Assembly: GCA_027623675.1 (NCBI GenBank)
Contig: JAQBVF010000019.1
Coordinates: forward strand, 1 to 64,000
DNA from: Chloroflexota bacterium
GTDB taxonomy: Bacteria; Chloroflexota; Dehalococcoidia; Lucifugimonadales; UBA3495
Reading direction: 5' to 3'
Length of the DNA: 64,000 bases
Notes under the pieces: generated by a model
Told to the model about the DNA's origin: nothing
Database searches by the model: none
The model's input: the letters and a program-made list of their open reading frames with translations, nothing else
Shown here: positions 60,862 to 64,000 of the stretch, piece after piece
How the letters are laid out: each line of letters opens with the position of its first letter
How positions within the stretch are numbered: position 1 is the first letter of the stretch
Position numbers and translations under genes: made by a program

Positions 60862-61509
60862 ATGAAACGTGAAGGGATCAACTACCCCAAATTCAAGGAC
60901 CAATTCGCCCTGATGGACTTTGAAGCTGAACCATTGCCGGCGCTCTCCCTGTACCCGGTGCCCGAAGCATGCGACCTGAGCGATTGGACGTTAACGCTAA
61001 CCGGGTTGGTGGGCGAACGCCGCACCATCGGCAGGGAAGACCTGCGCAAGCTGCCCAGGGTCCGCGAGAAGTCCCCCCTGGTCTGCCAGATCTTCAACTG
61101 GTCGGAGGAACCCGAGGTCGAGGGCGTTCGGTTGGTCGACCTACTGAAAGTGACCGGCATTGACGCGTCGGATGATGGCTACTTCGCCTTCTATTCCGCC
61201 GACGGTTTCTACTTCGAGGGCCTGCCCAGGGCCATCGCCAGGGACCCCAGGACTCTCCTGGTCTTCGGCTTGGACGGCAAACCCCTGCCCACGGAATTTG
61301 GCGGGCCGCTGCGTCTGTGGGTGCCCTTCTTGCAAGGTTACAAGAGCGTGAAATGGGTCAATACCATACGAGCATTCAGGAAGGACCCGGTGGGCATAAA
61401 GCGGCTGCTGGGCCAGAGCCGCACCTCGACCTTGGGCGCCGTGGGGCAAGACCGGGCCGGCGTGATCGTTGCCAGGCCCAACAACGGGGAGGCCAGCGTT
61501 GAGATCTAG
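60862..61509 (+). CDS. molybdopterin-dependent oxidoreductase (sulfite oxidase/MsrP-like domain)
   Basis: LVCQ..W, GGPLRL.VP..GYKSVKW. Confidence 0.85.
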   Translation: MKREGINYPKFKDQFALMDFEAEPLPALSLYPVPEACDLSDWTLTLTGLVGERRTIGREDLRKLPRVREKSPLVCQIFNWSEEPEVEGVRLVDLLKVTGIDASDDGYFAFYSADGFYFEGLPRAIARDPRTLLVFGLDGKPLPTEFGGPLRLWVPFLQGYKSVKWVNTIRAFRKDPVGIKRLLGQSRTSTLGAVGQDRAGVIVARPNNGEASVEI

Positions 61510-62806
61510 CGTCAGCGGTTCAAATCGGGCATCAGACTTGGAGTCTGGAGTTGGTCCCAAGGCCGAGGGCCACCTGCCCACGCTCATCGCGTCGTTCCTG
61601 CATTTCGACCTGAGCTTCATGATCTGGGTGCTGCTGGGGGCATTGGGCATCTACATCGCCGACAGCGCCGGGTTGACGCCCGGACAGAAGGGCTTAATGG
61701 TCGCCGTGCCCATACTAAGCGGCTCGTTGCTGCGCATACCGCTTGGTCTACTCAGCGACCGTATCGGCGGCAAACGCACCGGCATCGCATTACTGGCCTT
61801 CCTCTTCATCCCGTTAACTCTGGGTTGGCAGTCTGGCGATAACCTGCCGAGCGTGCTGATCGTAGGGTTGCTGCTGGGCACGGCCGGGGCGTCATTCGCG
61901 GTCGCTTTGCCGCTGGCCAGCCGGTGGTATCCCAAGGAGCGTCAGGGCCTGATCCTGGGCATCGCCGCCGCCGGCAACAGCGGTTCGGTGCTGTCCAACC
62001 TGGTGGCGCCACGGTTGGCCGAAGCGGTGGGTTGGCACAACGTTTTGGCCTTGGCGATGGTGCCCCTGGCCGTTGTGCTGACCGCGTTCCTGCTGATGGC
62101 CAAAGACAAGCCAGGTCCGAGGAGCAAGGCCGGGACCGGCCAATATCTGGCGGCGCTGAAACAACCAGACCTATGGTGGCTGTGCCTGCTTTACGGAGTG
62201 ACATTTGGCGGATACGTGGGGCTGAGCAGCTTCCTGCCAATATTCTTCCGAGACCAATACGGGGTTAGCGCGGTGCAAGCTGGTTATCTCACCGCCATCG
62301 CCGCCACCGTGGGAAGCGCGGTCCGCCCCCTGGGCGGCTATCTGGGAGACCGGTTCGGCGGCGTTAACGCTCTGTCGGTCCTTCTACTGATCATCGCCGG
62401 GTTCTACGCTTCGGCCAGCCTGCTCCCGACGCTCGGTCCGGCGGTGCTGCTGATCGTGATCGGCATGGCTTGTTTAGGTCTGGGCAACGGCGCCGTATTC
62501 CAACTCGTGCCCGGCCGGTTCCCAACTGAGATCGGTGTTGCCACCGGCGTGGTCGGCGCACTGGGCGGGCTCGGGGGATTCGCTCTTCCCATCCTGCTTG
62601 GCAACGCAAGAGAGGCCACGGGTTCTTTCGGCCCGGGACTCTTGGTCCTGGCGGGGCTGGCGATCGGTGTTGTATCGATATTAAGAGTCCTGGCCGGCTC
62701 CCGGGAGGGGTGGCGCAGGTCGTGGCAGGAACCTAGATCTCCCGAAGAACTGGACCTTTCTCCGGTGTCGGACCGCGTGCCGATGACGCCGTCCCTACGG
62801 TCTTAA
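61500..62806 (+). CDS. nitrate/nitrite MFS transporter (NarK/NasA family); start uncertain
   Basis: GH.PTL.ASFLHFDLSFMIW, GASFAVALP, AGNSG, TFGGYVG, GNGAVFQLVP. Confidence 0.92.
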
Positions 62807-62857
62807 GAAAGACTCTTCCCATTAGATTCTCCGCGTGAGATTCACCGAGGAAACCTG

Positions 62858-64000
62858 ATGAAAACAGGCACCAACCCCATCGAACGTCACAAAGCCGAGA
62901 AAGACGGCCTGGACATCCTGACTGAGATCGAGGAACTGGCCGCCCACCACGGCGGCTGGGAGACGCTGGAACCGGGAGACCGGGAGCGTCTCAAGTGGAT
63001 CGGCACATTCTTCCGCAAGCCCACGCCCGGCCGGTTCATGATGCGCATACGCATCACCAACGGACAGGCGACGTCGCGCCAGTTACGCGCCCTAGCCGAG
63101 GCCGCCCGCCGTCTGGGCAACGATACCTTGGACCTGACGACCCGGCAGCAGATACAACTTAGGGCGATCCAGATAAAAGATGTGCCCGAGATATTGGAGG
63201 CCCTGCGCGGGGTTGACCTCACGTCGCTCCAAACCGGGCTGGACAACGTGCGGAACGTTAACTGCTGCCCTCTGGCCGGACTGACCGGCGCCGAACTGTT
63301 CGACGCTTCGCCGGTGGGCTTCGAGTACACGGACTCTTTCCTCAACAATAAGGAATTCAGCAACCTGCCCCGCAAGTTCAACGTGACCATCACCGGCTGT
63401 TTGGAGAACTGCACGCACAGCGAGACCCAAGACCTGGGCATGACACCGGCGGTGCGGCGGTCCGACGGCGTTTCCGGATTCAACGTGACCGTGGGCGGAA
63501 AGATGGGATCGGGCGGGATGACGGTGGCCCAGCCGCTGGACGCGTTCGTCGAACAATCGGAGGCGGCGCGTCTGGCGGCTGCGATCACCCGGCTCTTTCG
63601 TGACGAAGGGTCGAGGGAGCAGAGGACCAGGAACAGGCTGGCCTTCCTGATCCAAGACTGGGGTATTGGCCGGTTCAGGTCTGAATTGGAAATGCGGTGG
63701 GGAAAGCCGCTGGAAGAGGCCCAGGAGGATGCCAGGACCACCGCCGGCACGGACCACCTTGGAGTGCAGGCACAGAGGGCCCCGGGTTTAAGCTCCGTGG
63801 GGCTATCGGTCCCAACCGGACGGGTGACCAGCAGCGACCTAGACGGTCTGGCCCGCCTGGCCGACAGCTACGGCAACGGCGAGCTGCGCCTGACCACCGG
63901 CCAGAACATCATCCTGGCCAACGTCGCCGATGCCGGTCTACCGGCCCTGCTCTCCGAGCCGCTCCTAAAAGTATTCTCGCCAAACGCCCATCCGTTTCTC
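62858..64000 (+). CDS. nirA: ferredoxin-nitrite reductase, truncated by window end (absent from ORF track)
   Basis: NPIERHKAEKDGLD, RLKWIG, FMMRIR, TTRQQIQ, DNVRN, NLPRKFN; nitrate-transporter context. Confidence 0.85.
   Translation, partial: MKTGTNPIERHKAEKDGLDILTEIEELAAHHGGWETLEPGDRERLKWIGTFFRKPTPGRFMMRIRITNGQATSRQLRALAEAARRLGNDTLDLTTRQQIQLRAIQIKDVPEILEALRGVDLTSLQTGLDNVRNVNCCPLAGLTGAELFDASPVGFEYTDSFLNNKEFSNLPRKFNVTITGCLENCTHSETQDLGMTPAVRRSDGVSGFNVTVGGKMGSGGMTVAQPLDAFVEQSEAARLAAAITRLFRDEGSREQRTRNRLAFLIQDWGIGRFRSELEMRWGKPLEEAQEDARTTAGTDHLGVQAQRAPGLSSVGLSVPTGRVTSSDLDGLARLADSYGNGELRLTTGQNIILANVADAGLPALLSEPLLKVFSPNAHPFL

Noticed and set aside
62887..63757. Minus-strand ORFs of 287 and 221 aa
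   Set aside because: They are shadow ORFs of the plus-strand nirA; most other overlapping antisense ORFs were dismissed likewise as high-GC artefacts.

Overview
GC-rich bacterial chromosome segment. The gene content (six luciferase-like/F420-dependent monooxygenases, DinB- and CMD-family proteins, larE-larC-larB, mitochondrial-type aconitase) suggests Chloroflexota/Dehalococcoidia, SAR202-like; this is inference. It holds about 60 mostly metabolic or housekeeping CDSs and three tRNAs (Thr-TGT, Gly-CCC, Ser-GCT). Main observations: (1) An IS110/IS621-like element (47572-48766) whose bridge-RNA logic can be read from the sequence: duplicated CT core, a sigma70 promoter formed only at the circle junction, target and donor guide loops, and an empty copy of the target in a REP-like repeat at 39840-39853. 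Its recombinase gene has an internal TAG. (2) Three genes that the ORF track splits at an in-frame TGA at the catalytic Cys position, each followed by a SECIS-like hairpin: an AhpD-like CxxU protein, a thioredoxin-fold UxxC lipoprotein and a rhodanese. These are probable selenoproteins. (3) A GlnR-like regulator with phased GlnR-type boxes, a NifI2-like P-II protein and nitrate/nitrite assimilation genes. (4) A 1.55-kb integrase-less islet at tRNA-Gly, an orphan PD-(D/E)XK nuclease and a NUDIX plus membrane-protein cassette inside a decayed GMC gene. Family assignments come from motif recognition, not database searches.
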